Part shown: one piece after another, positions 32,608 to 42,695 of the stretch
Layout: every line of letters starts with the position of its first letter
Position numbering within the stretch: position 1 is the stretch's first letter
Source of the DNA: Nitrospirota bacterium
GTDB lineage: Bacteria; Nitrospirota; UBA9217
Direction of reading: 5' to 3'
Assembly (NCBI GenBank): GCA_963845065.1
Contig: CAWJQQ010000009.1
Span: forward strand, 768,001 to 832,000
DNA: 64,000 nt
Position numbers and translations under genes: made by a program
The notes under the pieces: model-generated
What the model was told of the DNA's origin: nothing
Database searches by the model: none
What the model saw: the letters and a program-made list of their open reading frames with translations, nothing else

Positions 32608-32623
32608 CAGGCGGTCGCCTGCT
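32606..32623 (+). promoter_or_regulatory. Putative bacterial SECIS hairpin
   Basis: AGCAGGC-GGTC-GCCTGCT perfect 7-bp stem starting 16 nt after the UGA; GGUC loop; no adjacent U-tract. Confidence 0.75.
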
Positions 32624-32714
32624 CGGAAAGTAAGCGGTCACAAAAAAAAATTTATTATGATCGCCTGGTTTCGGACAGCATTGCAAGAGCAGTTTCCAAC
32701 AAGCGCGAGGCAAC

Positions 32715-33716
32715 ATGAAAAAGGCAATACGACCAGCCGTTATCCTTGCCGGCGACATCGGTGGCACAAAAACGCGGTTGGGATTGTTTCGCGTGTCAGA
32801 GACCAATGTCCGTCTTCTCACCTCTACTACCTATCCAAGTAAAGTCTATCGCGGTCTCGAAAGCATTGTTGGTGAATTCCTTCAGGGTCAGGAGCGGATA
32901 GCCGCAGCGGGTTTCGGCGTAGCCGGCCCCGTGATAAATGGAATTGCGCTCGCAACCAATCTTTCGTGGAAAATAACAGAAACATCGCTTGGGAGATTAC
33001 TTAATCTCAAGAAAATATTCTTAATTAACGATCTCGTGGCGAATGCATACGGTATTAATAGCATGACCAGAAAAGATTTCACGGTTCTGAACGAGGGCAG
33101 AAGAATGGTCGGCAATAGGGCACTGCTGTCCGCTGGAACTGGCCTCGGTGCCGCGTTCATGTTCTGGAACGGAAAACAATATGTCCCTTCGCCGTCGGAG
33201 GGAGGACATGTTGAATTCGGACCGCGGAATAACCTGGAACTGGGTCTCTTTCGGTATCTCCATGAACGTCATGGGCACGTGAGCTACGAGCGGATACTGT
33301 CCGGCACGGGGCTTTTCACTATATATCAATTTTTGCGGGACAGCGGCAAATTCAAGAAGGAACCCGACTGGCTGGTCTCCAGACTGGTAAAAGAAGATCC
33401 TGCCGAAGTAATAGCAGAGTCGGCGCGACGCAATGTAAGCAGGCTCTGCATGGACGCGCTAGATTTATTCGCTTCAATTTATGGTGCAGCCGCCGGTAAT
33501 CTCGCCCTTCAGGTCATGGCTACTGGTGGCATATACATCGGTGGTGGCATCGCACCGAGGATTGTCTGGAAGCTTAAGGATGGCACATTTGTGAAGGCAT
33601 TCAAGGATAAAGGCAGACTTTCCTCAATTATCGAAAGTATTCCGGCAAAGGTCATAATGAACGACCTAGCAGCCCTGCATGGTGCCGCCATGCATGCGGC
33701 GGATATGTTAAAATAA
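32715..33716 (+). CDS. glk: Glucokinase (E. coli Glk type)
   Basis: GDIGGTK, GVAGPV, LIND, GTGLG, SEGGH and GGGI motifs. Confidence 0.92.
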   Translation: MKKAIRPAVILAGDIGGTKTRLGLFRVSETNVRLLTSTTYPSKVYRGLESIVGEFLQGQERIAAAGFGVAGPVINGIALATNLSWKITETSLGRLLNLKKIFLINDLVANAYGINSMTRKDFTVLNEGRRMVGNRALLSAGTGLGAAFMFWNGKQYVPSPSEGGHVEFGPRNNLELGLFRYLHERHGHVSYERILSGTGLFTIYQFLRDSGKFKKEPDWLVSRLVKEDPAEVIAESARRNVSRLCMDALDLFASIYGAAAGNLALQVMATGGIYIGGGIAPRIVWKLKDGTFVKAFKDKGRLSSIIESIPAKVIMNDLAALHGAAMHAADMLK

Positions 33717-34490
33717 ACAGATAACCTTAGCACTCGCCGCTAATTGCTGTTTCTATAGGGTGGGGATATTTGTACTAGCTGCTTCGCAACCGGAAAAATG
33801 CGGTTCTAGAGATGGGTGAATATATAATCAACTATTTGAATGAAATTTAAGAAAATAGTGTAGGAAACTCCACGTACTTTAGCGATGAGAGCGCTTCAAA
33901 GAAAGTGATTATTCGAAAGCTGGGAGCAAAAAAAGTCATTCTGGATTAATGTCCATAACAATGCGGTATCAAGACGATTGTGGACCACTATCCGGTGGAC
34001 AGAATGAATAACAGGAAGATCAGCTAGTTGGGCATGCCATGGGGGTGGAAGTAAATATGTAGGCAAAAAAATATTCTCTTGAAGAGATAAAGTTCAATAA
34101 GCTCATTGAGAGGTTCAATGATCTGCGGATTCATTTCGGGTTTATCTGTACCTAGGTGAGTTGAATCGATCTCCGCAAAGTGCCACGCTACACCGCCGGG
34201 CTCTATAAAGAACTTGAAGTGCAAGGTAAACGCTTCTCGGTAGATCGGGGGAAAGGAATGCAGATAGATAGCGCATGGGGGAAAGGTCTATATGTCACAG
34301 ATATTCAAGTTTGATAAAAAACATTTTGCTGCCAATGCAGACGTAGCTATAAAGTTTCTTCTTCTTTTTTTTGCTGGCACAGGACCGGAATTTATTACGA
34401 TCAAATAACTTCTGCACGGAATGCCTTGATTACGACTGGAATACCAACGATCTGAAAAACGTCAAAAACAGAAAGTGAGGGCCTTTGCTC

Positions 34491-36014
34491 ATGGAAATGC
34501 GTACCCTGGTCCTTCCTCAAGACGAGAACAACAGGACCCTTATCGAGAACGTACACCCTGCTGAATGGAAGAACCCGGCGTCCGCTCCAATGTATAACCT
34601 CGTAGTAATCGGTGCAGGGACTGCAGGATTGGTTTCTGCTGCAGGAGCTGCGGGGCTAGGCGCAAAGGTTGCGCTCATCGAGCGTCATATGTTGGGGGGC
34701 GACTGCCTTAATGTCGGCTGCGTTCCTTCAAAGGGTATTGTCAGGGCAGGCCGCGCTGTCTACGATGTCAGGACAGCTGATGTATTCGGTATACGGTGCG
34801 GTAAAGTTTCCATAGACTTCGGCAAGGCCATGGAACACATGCGCCGGATCAGAGCCGGGATCAGTGCCCATGACTCTGCGGAGCGTTTTAGTAAAGAACT
34901 TGGTGTTGATCTTTTCTTCGGTAGCGCGAAATTCACCGGTCCAAACAGCATCGAGGTTGATGGTAAGCGCCTAAAGTTTAAAAAGGCTGCACTTTGCACT
35001 GGCGCGCGAGCCGCTGCTCCGGCCATCCCTGGCATAGAAGAAACCGGTTATTTGACCAATGAAAACGTTTTCTGGCTGACTGAACTTCCGAAGAGACTCG
35101 CGGTCGTAGGTGGAGGTCCAATTGGTTGCGAGCTCGCCCAAGCTTTCGTGCGAATGGGGAGCGAAGTCACCATACTCCAGCGCGGTGGGCACGTTCTCCC
35201 GAGAGAGGACGCTGATGCTGCGGAAATCGTGCATAAGGCTCTTGCTAGGGACGGCATCGAACTACGGCTTCAGGCCAAGATACTCGGGGCCAAAAAGAAG
35301 GGGAATGACAAAGTCGTCATCGTTGAAGAGGATGGAAAAACCGCGTTGCTGACCGTTGATGAGATTCTCGTGGGGGTGGGGAGGGCTCCGAATGTTGAAG
35401 ATCTCGGGCTCGAAATGGCAGGTATAACATATGACAGCAAAGAGGGCGTGAACGTGAATGAGAGACTGCAGACATCGAATCCGCGTGTGTATGCTGCCGG
35501 TGATATATGCTACCCATATAAATTCACGCATACGGCAGATGCTCTTGCACGTATCTTGATCGCTAACGCCCTGTTCATGGCAAGACAATCAACCTCAAAG
35601 CTCGTCGTTCCCTGGTGTACCTATACGGACCCTGAGGTGGCCCATTTGGGGATGTATGAAAAGGATGCCAGGGATAAGGGTATTAACGTGCTGACCCTTA
35701 CGGTGCCACTTTCCGATGTGGACCGGTCTCTGCTCGACGGAGAAACCGAAGGGTTTGCCCGTGTGCATCTCAAAAAGGGTGGCGATCAAATCCTTGGAGC
35801 AACGATCGTGGCCCGCCATGCGGGCGAGATGATCAATGAGCTTTCGCTTGCTATGACAGCCGGGCTGGGTCTATCTGCAATCGGTAGAACGATACATCCC
35901 TATCCGACTCAGGCAGAGGCAATCAAAAAGCTGGCTGATGCGTATAGTCGGACGCGTCTTACGCCGTTGGTAAAGAAACTATTTACAGCGTGGCTGAAGT
36001 GGCAGCGGTCGTAG
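34491..36014 (+). CDS. Pyridine nucleotide-disulfide oxidoreductase, mercuric-reductase-like but without the C-terminal Cys pair
   Basis: GAGTAG, GGDCLNVGCVPSK, GGGPIG and HPYPT motifs; ends WLKWQRS. Confidence 0.88.
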   Translation: MEMRTLVLPQDENNRTLIENVHPAEWKNPASAPMYNLVVIGAGTAGLVSAAGAAGLGAKVALIERHMLGGDCLNVGCVPSKGIVRAGRAVYDVRTADVFGIRCGKVSIDFGKAMEHMRRIRAGISAHDSAERFSKELGVDLFFGSAKFTGPNSIEVDGKRLKFKKAALCTGARAAAPAIPGIEETGYLTNENVFWLTELPKRLAVVGGGPIGCELAQAFVRMGSEVTILQRGGHVLPREDADAAEIVHKALARDGIELRLQAKILGAKKKGNDKVVIVEEDGKTALLTVDEILVGVGRAPNVEDLGLEMAGITYDSKEGVNVNERLQTSNPRVYAAGDICYPYKFTHTADALARILIANALFMARQSTSKLVVPWCTYTDPEVAHLGMYEKDARDKGINVLTLTVPLSDVDRSLLDGETEGFARVHLKKGGDQILGATIVARHAGEMINELSLAMTAGLGLSAIGRTIHPYPTQAEAIKKLADAYSRTRLTPLVKKLFTAWLKWQRS

Positions 36015-36248
36015 TGTGATGCATAAGAAGACGGGTAATGAGTTCACTGAGTGAGAAGAGAAGATCATTATTGCAATAAGACTTTCAAGCAGATTATTAC
36101 ATGAGTCTATGCGTCGATACTGTGTAATACCGAGTTACACTATCGGTTACGCTTTACTTGCGATATTCTAATAAACAGCTATAATGAGTAACGGTTGTCT
36201 TTTGTCTCCTATGATAAAAGGTGGTTTTTAGTTATATAGGTTATTTAT

Positions 36249-36429
36249 GAAACCATGACAGAATACCCAACGTTTTGCCGCTGGGATGAATATCATCCTT
36301 GGCCAAGGGTTATAAGGAGGACTGAAAGTCCGCCATATCTGTTGAGACCCATGTTCATGGACCTGCGTATCTTATGCTTTAGCAAGCTGCGCTAAAAGAT
36401 GCTTCGCCAGCTTCGGGGGGTTGGTTCAC
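36249..36429 (+). mobile_element. 181-bp non-coding IS200/IS605 miniature element
   Basis: TTAT, 13 nt, then AATA-hairpin left end; right end GATG..GGGGGGTTGGTTCAC; internal hairpins. Confidence 0.55.
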
Positions 36430-36469
36430 TTAAATATTATTTCTCAGAATAATTATTGTGGAGATAACT

Positions 36470-37036
36470 ATGAAAAAGTCTGTCGGTGCAAAAACACTCG
36501 CTCAGCCAGCGCCTGTCTGGGTTGTTGGAAGTTATGATTCACAGGATAAACCGAATATCATGGTTGTTGCATGGGGCGGAATCTGCTGCTCGCAACCTCC
36601 CTGTATGACTATTTCCCTGCGAAAGGCAACGTATACGTATGGATGCATCATGGAACGCAAAGCATACACAATAAACATCCCTTCAGCTGCGTTGGTGAAA
36701 GAAGTGGACTATTCCGGCATGACTTCGGGAAGAAATGTCGATAAGTTTGCGATGACTAAGCTGACCCCTATTCGAAGCGAACATGTTAACGCTCCGTATA
36801 TAAAAGAATTCCCTATTGTGATCGAATGCAAGCTGCTCCACACGTTGGAGATCGGGCTCCACACGCAATTCATTGGCGAGATCATGGACATCAAAGTCGA
36901 AGAGTCGGTGCTTGGCGAACATGGGCTGGCGGACATCTTGAAGGTCAGGCCGCTCATTTTTGATCCCGGGGAGGGTGCTTATTATGGAATTGGTGAGCGA
37001 ATCGGCAAGGCTTTTTCGATTGGCAAGAGTATCTAA
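36470..37036 (+). CDS. Flavin reductase family protein (flavoredoxin-like)
   Basis: [18 protein letters not shown] and [13 protein letters not shown] motifs. Confidence 0.9.
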   Translation: MKKSVGAKTLAQPAPVWVVGSYDSQDKPNIMVVAWGGICCSQPPCMTISLRKATYTYGCIMERKAYTINIPSAALVKEVDYSGMTSGRNVDKFAMTKLTPIRSEHVNAPYIKEFPIVIECKLLHTLEIGLHTQFIGEIMDIKVEESVLGEHGLADILKVRPLIFDPGEGAYYGIGERIGKAFSIGKSI

Positions 37037-37135
37037 TTTTCTGATCGGTTCTTAAAGCAAATAGTAATAAGTTAAATTGCAAAATATCATATTAATTTTA
37101 CTGTTGATACTGATAGCAGTTCCGTTTGAACTCCA

Positions 37136-37170
37136 GAATCCGACATGCTTTAGCTGTGGGAGTACGTCAA
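37136..37170 (+). repeat. Orphan IS200/IS605 right end
   Basis: GAAT-CCGACATGCTTTAGCTGTGGG-AGTACGTCAA, close to the IS608-type right-end layout. Confidence 0.7.
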
Positions 37171-37317
37171 AATATTGCAATGAGAAAAGTTTTATCTGGC
37201 AACCTACTTGCCGGAACCTATGCTTTTTGGTTTAGAAGAACAAAACAGGCAACCTTTCCCTATCGTGAAGCATAAGTACTTTCATATCGTATCATGCATT
37301 TGTCAGCTATACGGGTT

Positions 37318-37368
37318 CGGCGCTTTCATCCCGCCGCTAAAGCATGTGAGGTTTCTCGCGCGAGGCTC
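37318..37368 (-). repeat. Orphan IS200/IS605 left end (family D)
   Basis: Minus strand GAGCCTCGCGCGAGAAACCTCACATGCTTTAGCGGCGGGATGAAAGCGC. Confidence 0.6.
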
Positions 37369-37382
37369 TTAAAAAAAGCTTA

Positions 37383-37856
37383 TTATTTTGCTTCCACTTG
37401 CGTCGTCAGAAAAACAGGAAGCGTCATATGGGATATCTGGTCCTGAAGTTCCTCGATTCCGTCGATATGCTGGTCCTCGTCATTTAGGATGTGTTCGAGC
37501 AATTCGCGTGTGGCGAAATCGCTTACTTCTCCAGCCAGTTTTACTGCCATATTGTACGCTGCGATGGCGCCTTCTTCAGCGGCATGGTCATTGGCGAGTT
37601 GCTTGGGTATGTCGGTGCCGATTCTAATGTCTTTTAGGTGGGACACGATGGGAAGGCCTTCGAGAAAGAGTATTCTCCCGATGAGTTTCTCAGCATGCTT
37701 CATCTCGGCAATCGCGCGCTTTTCAAGATGCTTGTGCAGTTTTTCATAGCCCCAATTAGCACAGATTTCGGAATGCACCATGTATTGGTTTATAGCAGTC
37801 AGTTCGTCGGCAAGTAGCGAATTCAATGTTTCGATAAGTTTTGTATTTCCTTTCAT
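37383..37856 (-). CDS. bfr: Bacterioferritin
   Basis: ELTAINQY, EMKHA (heme Met) and DEDQH ferroxidase motifs; GGAGG RBS. Confidence 0.93.
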   Translation of the reverse strand: MKGNTKLIETLNSLLADELTAINQYMVHSEICANWGYEKLHKHLEKRAIAEMKHAEKLIGRILFLEGLPIVSHLKDIRIGTDIPKQLANDHAAEEGAIAAYNMAVKLAGEVSDFATRELLEHILNDEDQHIDGIEELQDQISHMTLPVFLTTQVEAK

Positions 37857-38932
37857 CTGAATATCCTCCTTAGGAATAATATGTAGATGTAACATACCTC
37901 ACAGCGCTAGCATCTTTTTATCCATTAATCAAGTTTCGTTTTTAGCATTTGATCAGTCGGGGCGGGCATATTCGAATATTAAGCTTTCGGCTTGACGCCA
38001 GGAGTCATCCTTAAGGAATCCGGCAACCTTAGTCACTTGCAGGCTACGACTACGCCGATGGCCTCCAAAGCTTACTAAGAGCTTCCCGTCTCCCTAATAG
38101 CACCTCTTTCTAGGCAGCATTTAAGGCATTGCTGTCCCACTTGAGATATGCGACGAATCGTGAGCTAAACGTCAGGTAATAGACTCCATTACCACTTTAG
38201 TTCTTACCATGTTGTCTATCATGGATGTTTTTATAAAGGCTTTAATAAGAGAATAAATCTACAGATATAAGCAGACAAACTTTTTTACCGCTTTCATAAT
38301 TATTTCACCGTTATTATAACCCAATGGCAAGTTCACTTCCGCGAACCGCTGGGTGTGCTGCCTGATTACATAGAATTATATCATGTATTATAATGCTTAT
38401 GTAGCCTACATTATAAAAAGAAAAAAAGGAATAATTTGTTCTGATTTGGTTTACGCAGATATTGTTGGATCAGCAATTCATATTGTATCTTTCAATATCA
38501 AGACGATATTATTATAGCAGGCTTTAGGAAGGCGTTTTGGTGAATAACTTTAACATGAAAAGAAAATTTAATATCGAATTAATTTAACCTTTACTGGAGA
38601 CAGAGTCTTGGTGTGCTCAGCTTTAAGGCCTGTTCGGAATACTCTTTGCCAGCATCTTCTGACTTGCTTTATTTGTCAGGCCTGAACATGTTTCCGCGTT
38701 CTATCAGGCAACGTCCGTATGCAACGTTCTGTAGCTTATGTGATGCCCCAACAGGGAACGGTGTGAACAAGTAGTTGACTTTAGGATTTCTCATGCTACT
38801 CTAATAAGAGAAGTTATTATCGAGTTATTTCTGCGGATAAGATCTGGTGATCTCACTTGTATAGTTGCCTGCCACTTCCGTTTTTGGCTGAAAACATTTG
38901 CATAGCAAGTCAACTTATCGATAGGGGAAAAG

Positions 38933-39691
38933 ATGCAAACTAATTCGGGAGCCCTTCGGAGAACGATAACAAGCTATTTATTTGCGCTGTGCTGGGCTGT
39001 GGTCTTGGTACTGTACGGGTCAAGTGTACAGGCTAAATTGAAACCATCGGCCTGTGTGCTGTGCCACGAATTTATGGACGCTGATCTTGGCAGACCCGTA
39101 AAGGAATGGAAAGGTTCGATCCATCAGCAAAATAGCATAACCTGCGATCTCTGTCATGGTGGAAATCCGGATGTAGATGTGCAGAACATCAAACAGCTGC
39201 CCGGCCAGGAATTTGGGGAGAAAATGTCACGGGCAATGTCGATATCTCAGGGTTTCGTTGGCAAGCCATCAGGAAGGAAACTGTTTGCCCTGTGCGGCCG
39301 GTGTCATAGCACATCCGTAGACCGGTATGCAAAAAGTCTCATGGGCAAAGCTTATCTTGAGAAGAAAGGCGGGCCCTCCTGCGTTAAGTGCCATCATGCA
39401 CACCGCAATACCATGCCCGAAATACCCAAGGTTTGCGAAAGCTGCCACAAGGATACCGAGGGGTTCGATCAGATCGACCCGATGGATGTGACCGAGTCGA
39501 CGGTGAAAGCGTTATCGGGCATAAGGATCAAACTAGCCCAGGCAAAAACGATCGGCAAAGAACCGCCGTTCATCCCCGAATTCCCCGAGGACCTCGGTGC
39601 TTTCCAAATTGGATTCGTCGCGTTCGGAGCGGTGCTTGTCTTGTTCTGCATCGGCTATCTCGTGTACATTGTGCTGGAACGGAGGAGATAA
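38933..39691 (+). CDS. Pentaheme cytochrome c with C-terminal membrane anchor
   Basis: Five CxxCH motifs (CVLCH, CDLCH, CGRCH, CVKCH, CESCH); signal peptide; C-terminal TM helix. Confidence 0.9.
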   Translation: MQTNSGALRRTITSYLFALCWAVVLVLYGSSVQAKLKPSACVLCHEFMDADLGRPVKEWKGSIHQQNSITCDLCHGGNPDVDVQNIKQLPGQEFGEKMSRAMSISQGFVGKPSGRKLFALCGRCHSTSVDRYAKSLMGKAYLEKKGGPSCVKCHHAHRNTMPEIPKVCESCHKDTEGFDQIDPMDVTESTVKALSGIRIKLAQAKTIGKEPPFIPEFPEDLGAFQIGFVAFGAVLVLFCIGYLVYIVLERRR

Positions 39692-39692
39692 T

Positions 39693-39956
39693 ATGAGTTT
39701 TGAGATCATACAAGAGAAAAGGCCTGCCTATTCAAAGACCGCCATGATCGCGATCATTATCCTGTCAATTTTGCTTCTTGGTGCGTGCAGCGCTTTCGCC
39801 TATTTTATGGTATCCGGTCTTGGTAATGACTACCTCTGGGGCACACTGCTCGCGTTCGAGTTCCTTATGGCAGGCATTGAGATCGTTCTCTTTGCACGTT
39901 ATTTTGTTACTTTCAGGGAGGTATCCGAGGATCGCGAGGAGGAGTTGCTATGGTAG
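39693..39956 (+). CDS. Small two-TM membrane protein, probable accessory subunit of the Rieske/cytochrome b complex
   Basis: GGAG RBS; translationally coupled to both neighbours; two hydrophobic helices. Confidence 0.75.
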   Translation: MSFEIIQEKRPAYSKTAMIAIIILSILLLGACSAFAYFMVSGLGNDYLWGTLLAFEFLMAGIEIVLFARYFVTFREVSEDREEELLW

Positions 39957-40564
39957 GCGGGAGCGGGGAGGGTAACGAGAACAAGGCAGGCATCACCCGG
40001 AGGAGGTTTACACTCGGGATGCTTATTGCGTCTATCGTAGGCGCCTTCGGGTCTCTTGTTGCACTGCTCAAAGTGTTGGCTCCCGAAAAGCAGGGCGCAG
40101 GCTACGTAACGACCATAAAACCGGGTGACGTTCTTGTGTATGCTCAGGGAAGTAGTGCAGGGACCCCCATCATGGTTTCATCGATGAAGCCGGGCGATGC
40201 CGTACTTGCCTATCCCACAGGCAAGTCATCGAACCCAGCAAATCTAGTACAGCTGATTAAATTGGAAGAGATGGCATTTATGCCGCCCACCGACATCGCC
40301 CTGACGGACAAGGGGTTCGTGGCTTACAGCGCCATCTGCACTCATCTCGGCTGCACCGTCTCCTGGATGGAGAACCAGGAATCACCCATTACTTCCTTCA
40401 CGGAATGCTATTGTCACGGCAGCATATTTAATCCTGCCCAGGGGGCGAAGGTCCTGGGCGGGCCTGCGCCAATACCGCTCGCACAGATCGGCGTGAAGGT
40501 GATGCAGGAGGGAACACTAGCTTTTACGAGTGATTTTAATGGTCCGATCGGGCCGCAGGTATAA
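39950..40564 (+). CDS. Rieske iron-sulfur protein
   Basis: TRRRF Tat anchor; CTHLGC and CYCHGS boxes; GGPAP. Confidence 0.95.
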   Translation: MVGGSGEGNENKAGITRRRFTLGMLIASIVGAFGSLVALLKVLAPEKQGAGYVTTIKPGDVLVYAQGSSAGTPIMVSSMKPGDAVLAYPTGKSSNPANLVQLIKLEEMAFMPPTDIALTDKGFVAYSAICTHLGCTVSWMENQESPITSFTECYCHGSIFNPAQGAKVLGGPAPIPLAQIGVKVMQEGTLAFTSDFNGPIGPQV

Positions 40565-40583
40565 GAGAGGCGAGGACACAACC

Positions 40584-41837
40584 ATGTTCTTCAAATGGTT
40601 TGATGATAGGCTAGAGCTTAAAAAGTTCAAGGAGAGATTTCTGAGCAAGACATTTCCAACCCACCCCACGTTCTTTCTTGGAGAAACGGTGTTATTCGCC
40701 TTTATTACCCTTTTATTAACGGGTATTTTCCTCGGATTTCTCTATGAGCCTTCGACCACGATGGTTTCCCTCTTCGGTGCGATGGTGCCGGCAGCTTATG
40801 CGAGCGTCGTAAGAATAGACCTACTTCCAATGGGCTTGATCATCAGGCGCATCCACCATTGGTCGGCAATGATTATGATCGCCTCCATCCTCGCGCATCT
40901 ACTGCGAATATACTTTACAGCGTCCTACCGAAAGCCACGGGAGATCAATTGGCTTGTGGGGCTCAGCCTGTGGGGGATGTCTATGGTCGCGGCATTCACC
41001 GGTTATTTGCTGCCCTACAGTCAATTCTCCGTGACCGCCACTTCCATTGCTTATTATATGGCGAAGTCAGTTCCGTGGTTGGGGGAATGGATGTCTAGGC
41101 TACTCTTTGCAGGTGACTTTCCTTCGGACGGGACCGTCCCCCGCTTCTTCTTCATGCATGTCATGCTAATCCCAGCGGTACTGGTCAGCCTTATCGGCTT
41201 GCACATGCTTATTCTGATCAAGCAGAAACATACTGAACCCCGGTCTAACAAGGATCGAAGGGAGGCACAGGGCGGGAGAAAGCTCATCGGCATACCGATC
41301 TGGCCTGAACAAGTCGTCATTAGCCTTTCGTTTTTTTTATTCTTGCTGTTCGTAGTCGTGATAATGGCGACATATATCCCTTTGAACCCGATTGAAACGT
41401 ATGGCCCTCCGTCACCGGGAACTCCTGTGATGAGGCCTGACTGGTATTTCCTCGTCGTGTACGGTTTCCTGAAGTTGGTGCCCGGTGACCTGTCATTTTC
41501 AATCCTGGGAGGGAAGATCACTCCCGAGACCATCGGTGGCGTCATATTTCCCGCATCCACATTCGTTGTATATGCCTTGATACCCTTCCTCGACCGCTCA
41601 AAAGTACCACAGAACTATATGGAAAATCCGCTCCATAGGCCCTTCATGACTTCGTTAGGCATCTGTGGCATCGTTTTCCTCTGCACGATGGTCGTTGCTG
41701 GGTACATCGACGTCCTTCATATTACGCCGAAATCAATGACGGTAGCCGCGATCTTCGCGACGGCGGCAGCGTGGAGCATCAGCTACGCGCTTCTGCGCTG
41801 GTACAACAGAAAGAGAGGTGGTAATGTCAAAACTTGA
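40584..41837 (+). CDS. Cytochrome b (unsplit) of a Rieske/cytochrome b complex
   Basis: Four heme His (HHW..AHL; MHV..LHM), PREINW, GYLLP and Qo motif PDWY. Confidence 0.95.
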   Translation: MFFKWFDDRLELKKFKERFLSKTFPTHPTFFLGETVLFAFITLLLTGIFLGFLYEPSTTMVSLFGAMVPAAYASVVRIDLLPMGLIIRRIHHWSAMIMIASILAHLLRIYFTASYRKPREINWLVGLSLWGMSMVAAFTGYLLPYSQFSVTATSIAYYMAKSVPWLGEWMSRLLFAGDFPSDGTVPRFFFMHVMLIPAVLVSLIGLHMLILIKQKHTEPRSNKDRREAQGGRKLIGIPIWPEQVVISLSFFLFLLFVVVIMATYIPLNPIETYGPPSPGTPVMRPDWYFLVVYGFLKLVPGDLSFSILGGKITPETIGGVIFPASTFVVYALIPFLDRSKVPQNYMENPLHRPFMTSLGICGIVFLCTMVVAGYIDVLHITPKSMTVAAIFATAAAWSISYALLRWYNRKRGGNVKT

Positions 41838-42579
41838 TCAGGTTCTCGTTTGCGCCATTCTTGCGTGTAGCGCATTTCTGCTCTCCTCGGCCGCGAGCGG
41901 CGCTAATGAAAACATGACAGGGAATTCCTGTGTCGCTTGCCATTCCCAACTTCCAGTCAGCAGCTTTGTAGGTGTAAGGTCCCACAGTTGGAAGGGATCG
42001 ATACACCAGATGCATGGAGTGACTTGCGACAAATGCCATGGAGGTAACCCCCGCGTTTCCGGGCAGAAGGAGGCCCATGCTGGCGTGTTAGGCTCGAGCG
42101 ATACCCGAAGCATGGTGTACTTTAAGAATATTCCATCAACTTGTGGTAAATGTCACGGGGCTGAATTCTATAAATTCACTCAGAGCCTCCATTACAAAAG
42201 GCTTGAGTCAGAGGGAAAGGGCCCTGAATGCGTAACGTGTCACGGCTCGATGGTTACCAGCATTTTAAGGCCCGAAACGATTGCGGCTGTGTGCGAGCGA
42301 TGCCACAATGCGCAGATGGGCGTCTTCCCCTATGTGCCGCAAAAAGCGAAAGCTGTATTGCTTTTACTGATGGAGAACAATGCCCTTCTTAAGGCGAACG
42401 TTAAGCTTCATCATCCTGTCAAAGGCACCCAAGGATCCGGTATCTTGAGCGATGCTCGGTCATACCTGCACTCTGCTATGTTGGATTGGCACAAATTCGA
42501 CCTCGACACGATTATCGCCGATCTGCAGGATTCATATAATTCACTAAATAAACTTTCAAACGGAAACTCGAATCAGTAA
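41824..42579 (+). CDS. Periplasmic pentaheme cytochrome c
   Basis: Five CxxCH motifs (CVACH, CDKCH, CGKCH, CVTCH, CERCH); signal peptide; paralogous to 38933-39691. Confidence 0.9.
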   Translation: MSKLDQVLVCAILACSAFLLSSAASGANENMTGNSCVACHSQLPVSSFVGVRSHSWKGSIHQMHGVTCDKCHGGNPRVSGQKEAHAGVLGSSDTRSMVYFKNIPSTCGKCHGAEFYKFTQSLHYKRLESEGKGPECVTCHGSMVTSILRPETIAAVCERCHNAQMGVFPYVPQKAKAVLLLLMENNALLKANVKLHHPVKGTQGSGILSDARSYLHSAMLDWHKFDLDTIIADLQDSYNSLNKLSNGNSNQ

Positions 42580-42695
42580 GTGGCTTAGCGAGGAAGTTCA
42601 CCTATTCAAAGTTGTGTATCCACAAGGACCTCGGCATCAGTCGTTGGGTAACTGAAACGACCGGAAATAAACAAAAGAAGGATGACAATACTATT

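Noticed and set aside
34491..36014. True mercuric reductase merA
   Set aside because: It lacks the C-terminal Cys-Cys pair and the N-terminal HMA domain, and no mer genes are nearby.
38595..38779. IscB/HEARO or TnpB omegaRNA remnant ending GTAGTTGAC
   Set aside because: The terminal motif is suggestive, but the hairpin is poor and no coding remnant is visible.
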